Origin: an uncultured Holophagales bacterium
GTDB taxonomy: Bacteria > Acidobacteriota > Thermoanaerobaculia > UBA2201
NCBI GenBank assembly: GCA_964603505.1
Contig: CAZRVT010000009.1
Coordinates: 309-64,308, forward strand
Reading direction: 5' to 3'
Length of the DNA: 64,000 nucleotides
Part shown: positions 19,190 through 27,300 of the stretch, piece after piece
Position numbering within the stretch: position 1 is the stretch's first letter
How the letters are laid out: each line of letters opens with the position of its first letter
Notes under the pieces: generated by a model
What the model was told of the DNA's origin: nothing
What the model saw: the letters and a program-made list of their open reading frames with translations, nothing else
Database searches by the model: none
Translations under genes and position numbers: made by a program

Positions 19190-20101
19190 TCAGGGCGCGG
19201 GGACCGGCACCCGGCGGGTTTGAGCCGCAATGGCCGAGCGGATCGCCGGCAGGGCCGCGCGGGCGGCCGCCATTCCCGCCTCGAAGAGACGCTTCTTCTG
19301 AGTAAAGTCGTCGTAGGCCACGCCGGCCACTTCGGGGGTGATCACCACATCCGCCCGTTGGAGGGTGCACCGCCCCACTTCGGAAGCCATGATCGCCGCC
19401 GCCTGGATGGCCACCTCGAAGGGGTTGGAGGGGGCGCGGGCCGGCACTCCCGCCGGGATGCTCACCGCGATGACCACTTCGGCGCCCATGGCGCGCACCG
19501 CGTCCACCGGGACGGGGGCGGTCACCCCCCCGTCGACGAAGACGCGCCCGTCGATGGAAACCGGGACGAAGACGCCCGGGATGGCCGCGGAGGCGTGGAC
19601 GGCCCTGGCGGCCGGGCCCTGCCGGAAGGCCACCGTCTCGCCCGTCCGGAGGTCCACGGCGACGGCGGCGTAGGGGACGGCAAACCCCTCGATGGTCTTG
19701 TGCTTGAGGCGGGCGTCGAGGAAGGCCTCGATCCGCTCGCCCTTGACGAACCCGCCCGAGAAAAAGGCCAGGGTGGAGCGGTCGAAGATGTCCTCGGCGG
19801 TCACCTGGACCGAGGTGAACTCCAGATCCACCACCGATCCCGAATCGGCGTAGAGGGCCCCGATGAGGGCCCCGACGGAGGTGCCGGCGACGCGGTCCAC
19901 CGGGATCCTCTCCTGCTCGAGCACCCGCAGGACGCCCACTTCGGCGAAGCCCCGAGCGCCGCCTCCGCCAAGGGCCACCCCGACCACGGGGGGGACCTCT
20001 TTCCATGCCGCCGGGGCGGGCGGCGGGGGAGAGGGCGGGGTGGCACAGGCGGCGAGCACGAGGCACAGTGACGGCAGGGTTCCGGCGAGGGTGCGTTTCA
20101 T
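19190..20101 (-). CDS. Patatin-like phospholipase, lipoprotein-type signal
   Basis: GGGARG oxyanion motif and GTSVG (GxSxG nucleophile elbow). DGGV (catalytic Asp) is present. Signal peptide MKRTLAGTLPSLCLVLAACA with a lipobox-like LAAC. Confidence 0.85.
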   Translation of the reverse strand: MKRTLAGTLPSLCLVLAACATPPSPPPPAPAAWKEVPPVVGVALGGGGARGFAEVGVLRVLEQERIPVDRVAGTSVGALIGALYADSGSVVDLEFTSVQVTAEDIFDRSTLAFFSGGFVKGERIEAFLDARLKHKTIEGFAVPYAAVAVDLRTGETVAFRQGPAARAVHASAAIPGVFVPVSIDGRVFVDGGVTAPVPVDAVRAMGAEVVIAVSIPAGVPARAPSNPFEVAIQAAAIMASEVGRCTLQRADVVITPEVAGVAYDDFTQKKRLFEAGMAAARAALPAIRSAIAAQTRRVPVPAP

Positions 20102-20165
20102 GAAAGGGTCCTTCGATGGAATGGCTCCACGATAGCCCAATGGGCGGGGAAAAGGCAAGGGGCGG

Positions 20166-20660
20166 TCACTCGCCGGGGATCGTTTCACGGCAGGGTTCGC
20201 CCGTTTGGCGGTCGGTGCCGTAGAGGTCGATGGAGAGCACCCTGGGGATGAGCGAGGTTCCCTCGCCGGCGATGTAGATGCGCTCCAGGGTGCAGAGCCG
20301 CTTTCCGATGGAGGTCTCGGCCCACACCGCGCCCCCCTCCTGCTTCACCCGCACCCTCCGCGTCTCGATGGCCTTCAGACGCAGGTCGTAACTCCGGCCG
20401 CCGTCGATCGGCGCTGTGGAGAAGCCGTAGGCCTTGGCCTTTTCAAGCAGCGTCAATTCCTCCCGGACGCCCCCCTTCTCCACCATCACCCAATAGGCGG
20501 AGACCGGCCGCTTGGCGTCCAGGCGCCCCTGGGCGTCCAGATTGGCCTCGTAGTGGAGGACGTTGCGGTTGAGGGAGCGCTCGATGACGAACAGGGGGAG
20601 GGCCTCGCCGGCGGCGAGGGTCGAGGCGAGGACCATCATGCAACAGAAGAAGCGTTTCAC
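20166..20660 (-). CDS. Hypothetical secreted protein
   Basis: Signal peptide MKRFFCCMMVLASTLAAGEA followed by a protein-like sequence. Operonic with the patatin gene. Confidence 0.5.
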   Translation of the reverse strand: MKRFFCCMMVLASTLAAGEALPLFVIERSLNRNVLHYEANLDAQGRLDAKRPVSAYWVMVEKGGVREELTLLEKAKAYGFSTAPIDGGRSYDLRLKAIETRRVRVKQEGGAVWAETSIGKRLCTLERIYIAGEGTSLIPRVLSIDLYGTDRQTGEPCRETIPGE

Positions 20661-21253
20661 AGGCCTATCCTTAGAAAGTTCGCCAGGAGTTGGAGTCCGC
20701 GCTCACCGGATTGCTCGGGATGGAACTGGACCCCGAAAAGAGGCTTGTCCCGGTGCCGGATCCCCTCCAATCCGCCCTCGGGCGACTCCGCGATTTCCTC
20801 GAAGATGGCGTGCAGGGCCTCGTCGCGCACGACGATTTCCTCGTGGCTCTCATGCATAGGAAATGATGCGGGGAAGCCCTCGAACAAGCCTCCGGGTTTG
20901 AGGAGCCGGACCTGTTCCTCTCCCTTGTGTTTCAGGCCGTCCCTTCGCACAGTGGCGCCGAAAGCGTGCGCGAGGAGCTGGTGCCCGTAGCAGATCCCCA
21001 GGAGGGGAACGGCGCAGGACCGCGCCAGCTCCACCAGGGCGGGCTCCACCTGGCCCTCCCCCACCATCTTCGGGGAGCCCGAAACGACCACGAGGTCGGA
21101 GGGGGCGCCGGAGAGGGTGGCATCGGGCTCCTCCCGCACCTCGATTGCAACGCCGGCGCGCTCGGCGGCCCTCCGAAGCGCGTCCCGGTAGCCGGCGATC
21201 TTCACCTCGGCATCCGTGGGATAACAGTTGACGAGCAGAACCCTGATCGGCAT
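20657..21253 (-). CDS. Class I glutamine amidotransferase-like protein
   Basis: GICYGHQLL (catalytic Cys) and GVQFHPE (His/Glu). Stand-alone GATase1 domain. Confidence 0.8.
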   Translation of the reverse strand: MPIRVLLVNCYPTDAEVKIAGYRDALRRAAERAGVAIEVREEPDATLSGAPSDLVVVSGSPKMVGEGQVEPALVELARSCAVPLLGICYGHQLLAHAFGATVRRDGLKHKGEEQVRLLKPGGLFEGFPASFPMHESHEEIVVRDEALHAIFEEIAESPEGGLEGIRHRDKPLFGVQFHPEQSGERGLQLLANFLRIGL

Positions 21254-21329
21254 GTCGCTTCCCCCGGCCGGACTCTGCCGGCCGCGTCCATTCTACCGGA
21301 AACGGCGCGGCGGCGGGGGGTGTTTCTCC

Positions 21330-21359
21330 TTGAAGGGCCCTTAGTATCTATGGTATGAT
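21330..21359 (+). promoter_or_regulatory. Candidate sigma-70-like promoter (TTGAAG-18-TATGAT) for the nfnAB-like operon
   Basis: A hexamer pair with an 18-nt spacer about 30 nt upstream of the AAGGAG RBS and ATG at 21388. Confidence 0.35.
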
Positions 21360-21387
21360 TTGCCGATTTTTCCGCCAAGGAGCCCCG

Positions 21388-22233
21388 ATGTACAAGATCC
21401 TGAAAAAGCAGGTCTTTTCGCCGGTCACCTACCTCTGGGAGGTGGAGGCGCCCGACCTTGCCCGGGCCGCCCGGCCCGGCCATTTCGTCATTGTCCGCCA
21501 CAAGGAGGGGGGGGAGCGCATCCCGCTCACCATCGCCGATTTCGACCCCGCCCGGGGCACCATCACCCTGGTCATCCAAGCGGTCGGGCAGAGCACGAAG
21601 GAGATGATGGCCTTCGAGGAGGGCGCGGCCCTGCTCAACCTCGTCGGTCCCCTGGGCATCGCAAGCCACATCCAGCACTACGGCACCGTGGTCATGGTGG
21701 GGGGCGGCCTCGGCGTGGCGCCCGTCTTCCCGCAGTTGCGGGCGCTCAAGGAGGCCGGCAATAAAACCATCTCCATCATCGGCTTCCGGTCGAAGGACCT
21801 GATCTTCTGGGAGGACAAGTTCCGGAAGTACTCCGACGAGCTCATCATCACCACGGACGACGGGTCGTTCGGCGAGAAGGGGCTGGTGGTCGGGCCGCTG
21901 AAGCGCCTCCTCGAGGAGCGTCCCGGCGGCATCCAGATGGTCACCGCCATCGGCCCCGGCATCATGATGAAGGCCTGCTGCGAGACCACCCGCCCCTTCG
22001 GGGTCAAGACCATCGTCTCCCTCAACACCATCATGGTGGACGGCACGGGGATGTGCGGTTCGTGCCGCGTGTCGCTCGGGAAGGATGTGAAGTTCGTTTG
22101 CGTGGACGGCCCCGACTTCGACGGCCACCAAGTCAACTGGGACGAGCTGATGCAGCGGCAGAACCGGTTCCGCCGCGAGGAACAGCACTCCCTGGAGCAC
22201 TGCAAGCTCAACGCCAAAGTGGAGGGAGCGTAA
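21388..22233 (+). CDS. NfnA/SudB-like FAD and [2Fe-2S] oxidoreductase subunit (PyrK-like ferredoxin-NADP reductase fold)
   Basis: Starts MYKILKKQ. Contains the FAD-binding RxYS-type region, MVGGGLGVAPV (NAD-binding) and a C-terminal cysteine cluster CGSCRVSLGKDVKFVCVDGP. AAGGAG RBS upstream. Confidence 0.8.
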   Translation: MYKILKKQVFSPVTYLWEVEAPDLARAARPGHFVIVRHKEGGERIPLTIADFDPARGTITLVIQAVGQSTKEMMAFEEGAALLNLVGPLGIASHIQHYGTVVMVGGGLGVAPVFPQLRALKEAGNKTISIIGFRSKDLIFWEDKFRKYSDELIITTDDGSFGEKGLVVGPLKRLLEERPGGIQMVTAIGPGIMMKACCETTRPFGVKTIVSLNTIMVDGTGMCGSCRVSLGKDVKFVCVDGPDFDGHQVNWDELMQRQNRFRREEQHSLEHCKLNAKVEGA

Positions 22234-22236
22234 GCC

Positions 22237-23655
22237 GTGAGTGAGACCAAGAGGAAGAACATCGCCACCATCCCGCCCGACCGAACCACGATGCCGGAGC
22301 AGCCTCCCGAGGTGCGCCGAAAGAATTTCAAGGAGGTGGCTCTCGGATACCGGGAGGAGCACGCCCTCCGTGAAGCCGAGCGCTGCATCCAGTGCAAGAA
22401 GCCCCTCTGCGTTCCCGGTTGCCCCGTCGGCATCGACATCCCCGGTTTCATCCGGGCCATCGCGGAGAAGGACTACCCGAGGGCTTACGAGATCCTCCTG
22501 GCCTCCGACCTCCTCCCCGCCGTCACCGGCCGCGTATGCCCGCAGGAAAGCCAGTGCGAGGCCACCTGCATCGTCGGCAAGAAGTTCGAGCCGGTGGCCA
22601 TCGGCCGTCTCGAGCGCTTCGCCGCCGACTATGCCCTGGCCCACCACCTGGCCAAGATCCCCGAGATCCGGAAGCGCTCCGAGAAGGTCGCCGTCATCGG
22701 GAGCGGCCCCGGCGGCCTCACCTGCGCCGCCGACTGCGCCCGCGCCGGCCTCCAAGTCACCATCTTCGAGGCCCTCCACGTCGCCGGCGGCGTCCTCAAG
22801 TACGGCATCCCCGAGTTCCGCCTCCCGAACGCCATTGTGGACCGGGAGATCGAGAACCTCCTCAAGATGGGGGTCGAGATCAAGGTGGACCACATCATCG
22901 GCAAGATCTTCACCATCCCCCAACTGATGAACGAGATGGGGTACCGGGCCGTGTTCATCGCCACGGGGGCCGGGTTCCCCAAGTTCATGGGGATCGACGG
23001 CGAGGGGCTCAACGGCGTGATGAGCGCCAACGAGTTCCTCACCCGCGTCAACCTCATGACCGGATTCGAGTTCCCCCGCTCCGGGACCCCGGTGGGGATG
23101 GGGAAGCGGGTGGCCACCATCGGCGCCGGCAACACCGCCATGGACTCCTCCCGCACCGCCCTGCGCCTGGGGGCGGAGAAGTCCTACATCGTCTACCGCC
23201 GCACGGAGCGCGAGAGCCCCGCCCGGAGGGAGGAGCTCCACCACGCCATGGAGGAAGGGGTGGAGTTCCTGTGGCTCAACAATCCCGTGGAGATCCTGGG
23301 GAAGGAGGGCTGGGTGAAGGGGATGAGGTGCATCAAGATGGAGCTCGGCGCCCCCGACGAGAGCGGCCGCCGCAGCCCCGTTCCGGTTCCGGGCTCGGAG
23401 TTCGAGCTGGACGTGGACACCGTCATCTACGCCCTCGGCACCAAGGCCAACCCCATCATTGCCTCTACCACTCCGGGCCTCAAGACCAACAAGTGGGGGT
23501 ACATCGAGGTGGACCCCGAGACGCAGGAAACCTCGATCCCCGGGGTCTTCGCCGGCGGCGACATCGTCACCGGCTCGGCCACCGTCATCCTGGCGATGGG
23601 GGCCGGCCGCAAGGCCGCCCGCGGGATCCTTAAACGCCTGGGGATCCATGGCTAA
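22237..23655 (+). CDS. Glutamate synthase small-subunit-like NADPH oxidoreductase (GltD/NfnB/SudA family)
   Basis: N-terminal Fe-S cysteines (CIQCKKPLCVPGCP, CPQESQCEATC), VAVIGSGPGGLTCA (FAD site) and a second dinucleotide site VATIGAGNTAMD. GTG start 4 nt after the upstream stop. Confidence 0.85.
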   Translation: MSETKRKNIATIPPDRTTMPEQPPEVRRKNFKEVALGYREEHALREAERCIQCKKPLCVPGCPVGIDIPGFIRAIAEKDYPRAYEILLASDLLPAVTGRVCPQESQCEATCIVGKKFEPVAIGRLERFAADYALAHHLAKIPEIRKRSEKVAVIGSGPGGLTCAADCARAGLQVTIFEALHVAGGVLKYGIPEFRLPNAIVDREIENLLKMGVEIKVDHIIGKIFTIPQLMNEMGYRAVFIATGAGFPKFMGIDGEGLNGVMSANEFLTRVNLMTGFEFPRSGTPVGMGKRVATIGAGNTAMDSSRTALRLGAEKSYIVYRRTERESPARREELHHAMEEGVEFLWLNNPVEILGKEGWVKGMRCIKMELGAPDESGRRSPVPVPGSEFELDVDTVIYALGTKANPIIASTTPGLKTNKWGYIEVDPETQETSIPGVFAGGDIVTGSATVILAMGAGRKAARGILKRLGIHG

Positions 23656-23818
23656 GCTGCGCCGGGACCGGCCCAGGAAGAAGCGCTCCGCGGTGGAGGT
23701 CCTGATGGCCCTCCTCGGCGTCTCCTTCATCCTCCTGGCCGTCCTCGTCGTTGTTCTGCTGTTCACCCACGGTTGTTCCGTCGTTCACTATCCCCTTGAC
23801 TTGGAACAGCGGATGTGA
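23648..23818 (+). CDS. Possible small membrane protein (56 aa), overlapping the gltD-like stop
   Basis: MAKLRRDRPRKKRSAVEVLMALLGVSFILLAVLVVVLLF has a positive-inside N-terminus followed by one TM helix. There is no homology evidence, and the ORF contains the downstream lipoprotein promoter. Confidence 0.3.
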   Translation: MAKLRRDRPRKKRSAVEVLMALLGVSFILLAVLVVVLLFTHGCSVVHYPLDLEQRM

Positions 23819-23824
23819 TAAGAT
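23796..23824 (+). promoter_or_regulatory. Sigma-70-like promoter TTGACT-17 nt-TAAGAT driving the Ala/Lys-rich lipoprotein gene with a ~117-nt leader
   Basis: Near-consensus -35 and a 17-nt spacer. The downstream leader is AT-rich, with GGGAGG 8 nt before the ATG at 23942. Confidence 0.5.
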
Positions 23825-23941
23825 GAAAACTCGAAGTAAGGCAAACGTGTAGAAAAACGGGAGGCAATCATTGGGCATCGTAGATGCACCGTTGCCACCG
23901 CTCTACACCATCAGTGTTAACCGTAATGGGAGGTTAGAAGT

Positions 23942-24541
23942 ATGAAGCTGTTCAAGGTTGCGGTGCTGTTCCTCGCTCTGCTGGGCCTGCTGGCCTGCGC
24001 GAAGCCCCCCCAGGCCGAGATCGAAGCCGCCAAGGCCGCTCTCGATGCCGCCAAGGCCGCCGAGGCCGACATCTACGCCCCTGAGGCGCTCCGCGCCGCC
24101 GAGGACGCCCTCAACGCCGTCCAGACCGAGGTGGATGCCCAGGCCGCCAAGTTCGCCCTCTTCCGCTCCTACGAGAAGACCAAGGAGCTCGTGGCCAGCG
24201 CCAAGGCCGCCGCGGACAAGACCAAGACCGACGCCGACACCATGAAGGAGCAGGTCAAGAACGAGGCGCTCGCCCTCTTCACCGAGGCGAAGGACGCCCT
24301 CGCCGCCGCTCAGGAACTGCTCGCCAAGGCCCCCAAGGGCAAGGGCACCAAGGCCGACCTCGAGGCCCTCAAGGGCGACCTCGACGCCATCCAGCCGATG
24401 ATTGACGGCGCCCAGGCCTCCTTCGACGCCGGCAAGTACATGGATGCCAAGAACGGCATCATGGCCGCCAAGGACAAGGCCGTCTATGTGAAGGACGCCA
24501 TCACCAACGCCATCGAGATGGCGAAGGGCAAGAAGAAGTAA
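23942..24541 (+). CDS. Ala/Lys-rich alpha-helical lipoprotein
   Basis: Lipoprotein signal MKLFKVAVLFLALLGLLACA. The mature part is low-complexity Ala/Lys/Glu/Asp helical repeats. Strong promoter upstream and strong terminator downstream. Confidence 0.75.
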   Translation: MKLFKVAVLFLALLGLLACAKPPQAEIEAAKAALDAAKAAEADIYAPEALRAAEDALNAVQTEVDAQAAKFALFRSYEKTKELVASAKAAADKTKTDADTMKEQVKNEALALFTEAKDALAAAQELLAKAPKGKGTKADLEALKGDLDAIQPMIDGAQASFDAGKYMDAKNGIMAAKDKAVYVKDAITNAIEMAKGKKK

Positions 24542-24563
24542 CCCCCAGAACCGTGAATGTCCA

Positions 24564-24601
24564 GGCAGGTCTTCCGGTGCGCCGGAAGGCCTGCCTTTTT
24601 T
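24564..24601 (+). terminator. Rho-independent terminator (13/14-bp GC-rich stem, 4-nt loop, T6)
   Basis: GGCAGGTCTTCCGG tgcg CCGGAAGGCCTGCC followed by TTTTTT, immediately after the lipoprotein stop. Confidence 0.85.
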
Positions 24602-24613
24602 AATGCCCTGTCC

Positions 24614-25771
24614 ATGAAGACCGTCCTCAAGGCCGCCCTTGGCCTCCTGGTCCTGTTCCTCGGGGCCCGGGGGATTCTGCTTTACCGGGAATTGGAGCGG
24701 GCGAGCCGGGACCCGTGGCGCGAGCAGCGCCTCGCCGAGCGGATGGTCCAGACGGCCCGGGAATCGGCGGGGGCCCGCTACCACCCCCGCGAGGTGGAGG
24801 AGGCCTACCGGCTCTACTGGCGGGCCCGCCGCATCCACGCCATTCAGGATTCCAAGCCGTTCATTCTCAAGGATTTCGATTATACCCGCGACCTCTATTC
24901 TCAGGCCTTCCGTCTGGGGCTTGAGGCATGGAGGACGGGGACGGCCACCGACGCCCGACTCCGGGAAGAGGCCCAGGCGGCGGTCGCCCAGGCGGAGCAC
25001 CTCACCCGGTTCGCCCGGGAGATTTACAAGAAGGCCCAGATGGGGACGCTGCTGGTCCCCGCGATCGCGCAGGCCGAGATGGCCTGCGCGGAGGCCAAGG
25101 GCTTCTTCAAGATGCGGGAGTACCGGAAGGCCTCCGAGAAGGCCGGGCAATCGATCCGCACGGCCGAGACGGCCCTCGAGTCCATCGGCGGCGTCCTCGA
25201 GAAGTTTTACGACCCCGACCGGCTGAGGCACTGGCGCGGCCTCCTGGCCGGGGCGGTGGACTATTCGCGCTCCACCGGCCGCGTGGTCCTCGTCACCATC
25301 AAGGACCAGCGCATCCTCCGCGTCTACCGCCACGGAAAAATCGTCCGGACCTACGATGTCGAGCTCGGCAAAAACCCCCTAGAGCGGAAACTGCGGAGCG
25401 GCGACCTGGCGACCCCCGAGGGGCGCTATATCGTCTCCGCCAAGAAGAGCGGGCGTCAGACGAAATACTACCTCGCCCTCCTCATCAACTACCCCAACGA
25501 CGAGGACAAAAGCCGGTTTGCCGAGGCCAAGCGGTTGGGGCGCATTCCGGCCCGGTCGCACATCGGCGGACTCATCGAGATCCACGGGGACGGAGGGAAG
25601 GGGGGCGACTGGACCGAGGGGTGCGTCGCTCTGAAGAACGAGGACATGAAAGAGGTGTTCAACCAGGTCGAGGTGGGGACCCCCGTGGTCATCATCGGCT
25701 CCGAGGGGTACACCCAGACCTACAGCGAGCTGAGGGCCAGCCGGCCGTGGAAAAACGGAAAAGCCTCATAG
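24614..25771 (+). CDS. L,D-transpeptidase (YkuD domain) with N-terminal membrane anchor
   Basis: C-terminal catalytic-domain motifs GRYIVSAKK, IHGDGG and TEGCVAL (catalytic Cys). Start set at MKTVLKAALGLLVLFLG (24614) after the terminator, not at the track start. Confidence 0.8.
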   Translation: MKTVLKAALGLLVLFLGARGILLYRELERASRDPWREQRLAERMVQTARESAGARYHPREVEEAYRLYWRARRIHAIQDSKPFILKDFDYTRDLYSQAFRLGLEAWRTGTATDARLREEAQAAVAQAEHLTRFAREIYKKAQMGTLLVPAIAQAEMACAEAKGFFKMREYRKASEKAGQSIRTAETALESIGGVLEKFYDPDRLRHWRGLLAGAVDYSRSTGRVVLVTIKDQRILRVYRHGKIVRTYDVELGKNPLERKLRSGDLATPEGRYIVSAKKSGRQTKYYLALLINYPNDEDKSRFAEAKRLGRIPARSHIGGLIEIHGDGGKGGDWTEGCVALKNEDMKEVFNQVEVGTPVVIIGSEGYTQTYSELRASRPWKNGKAS

Positions 25772-26493
25772 GGCTGGATCTCGCCGAGCCGCCGTCCGCC
25801 GGGGAGGCCGCCCCGCCGGGAGACGCGCCGCCGCCGGGACCCCGGGGGCTTCGCGGCCGCTGGGCCGCCCGGCCCCGGTGGGTGGACCACGTCCTCGCCG
25901 CTTCCGGGACCCTCCTGCTGGCCATCCTCTTCTTCCTCTCCACCGGCGTCACCCGGGCGGCCCTCCCCCTCGACCGAATGACCACCGATCCCCAAGCCCC
26001 CATCCCTCTGGAGAAGGGGGAGGAGAAGAAGATCCGCTCCGGCCTGCCCAACCGCCCCTACCTTGCCGTGGACCGGGCCAACAACATTATGTGGCTGCGG
26101 CAGGGAGACGGCACCCTCCTCCGGAGGATGGTCGTCTCGGCGGGCTCCGGCGGGGTGCTGAAGGAGCCCAACGGAAAGCGGACCTGGGTCTTCGATACGC
26201 CGTTGGGGGTATTCACCATCAAGGGGAAACAGGAGGACCCGGTCTGGGTCAAACCCGACTGGGCCTTCATTGAGGAGGGGGAGCCGATCCCCAAGGACTA
26301 CTCCGAGCGGTTCGAATCGGGCATGCTCGGAGAGTACGCCATGTCCCTCGGGGGCGGCTATCTCATTCACGGGACCCTCTACGAACGCCTCCTGGGAAGG
26401 AATGTCACGCATGGGTGCATCCGCGTCGGCCGCGACGACCTGCGGGTCGTGGTCAAGACCGTTCGCGTCGGCGATCGCGTTTATATTTTTTAG
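25747..26493 (+). CDS. L,D-transpeptidase (YkuD domain), second copy, membrane-anchored
   Basis: IHGTLYERLLGRNVTHGCIRV (catalytic His/Cys), preceded by a TM anchor VLAASGTLLLAILFFLSTGV. Start uncertain (GTG 25747 chosen); the long upstream part of track ORF 24928..26493 is spurious. Confidence 0.65.
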   Translation: MEKRKSLIGLDLAEPPSAGEAAPPGDAPPPGPRGLRGRWAARPRWVDHVLAASGTLLLAILFFLSTGVTRAALPLDRMTTDPQAPIPLEKGEEKKIRSGLPNRPYLAVDRANNIMWLRQGDGTLLRRMVVSAGSGGVLKEPNGKRTWVFDTPLGVFTIKGKQEDPVWVKPDWAFIEEGEPIPKDYSERFESGMLGEYAMSLGGGYLIHGTLYERLLGRNVTHGCIRVGRDDLRVVVKTVRVGDRVYIF

Positions 26494-27115
26494 CCTCGCC
26501 CTGTTCCCCCAGGCGCAGGCGCTCACCGCCCACGAGAAGTCGCTGGCGGCGAAGGACGCGTTTTACTTCCTCGTCGACCTTCCCGCCAAGCGGATGATCC
26601 TCAAGTACCACGGCGCCCACCTGGCCGACTGGCCCATCCAGGCGGTCGAGACCATCGCGGCCCGCTTCCTCTTCTTCAAGCGGGTGCCCCACAAATTTCC
26701 CGAGGTCTTCTACATTCACGACGCCCTCATCGACCCCCCCGTGGAAATCCCCCGTCCGGAGATCATCCCCCCCGACCCCAACGCGCCGGAGGAGACCGGA
26801 TCCTCCGCCATCCCCCCCACGATGGAGGAGCTCATCAAGGCGCCGCAGGACTACACCTTCCGGGGCGACGCCCCGTGGCTGGTCCGCGTCCACATGCCGG
26901 AGGTCCCCAAGAACGGCATTCCGCCGCCCGAGCTGGCGGAGTCGTTCCGCACCCGCTTCGGCGACTTCATCAAGGGGATCACCGGCGATATTCCCCCCGT
27001 CCTCATCCTGACCCTGGCGAACGAGGACGGCGAGAAGATCTATCGCGCCTTTCCCGAGAAGGTCAACCTCCTCGTCTATTTCACCCCCCCGGTGCCGGAG
27101 AGCAGCGACCGGTAA
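26411..27115 (+). CDS. Hypothetical secreted protein
   Basis: Signal peptide ...RPFASAIAFIFFSLALFPQAQA|LTAHEKS. The mature region is protein-like and Pro-rich. Start uncertain (ATG 26402 or 26411); it overlaps the preceding gene's end. Confidence 0.45.
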   Translation: MGASASAATTCGSWSRPFASAIAFIFFSLALFPQAQALTAHEKSLAAKDAFYFLVDLPAKRMILKYHGAHLADWPIQAVETIAARFLFFKRVPHKFPEVFYIHDALIDPPVEIPRPEIIPPDPNAPEETGSSAIPPTMEELIKAPQDYTFRGDAPWLVRVHMPEVPKNGIPPPELAESFRTRFGDFIKGITGDIPPVLILTLANEDGEKIYRAFPEKVNLLVYFTPPVPESSDR

Positions 27116-27300
27116 TGGCATGATCCTCCCGATCTCTCGCACCGTTTCCCTGTCGGCTGGCGCAGTCTGGGCCTCCTCCTTTGGGGCACAAAGAAAGGGA
27201 TAGGGATCCTGCCATCCGTTGTAGCTTTCGGGGTTCGGCAGTCTCCTGGCCCTTCCCCGGATTCATCAACTCAACGATGGAGCAAACCCGAGCGTTTCCA

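Noticed and set aside
21202-23766. 854-aa minus-strand ORF
   Set aside because: It is antisense to the NfnAB/GltD-like pair.
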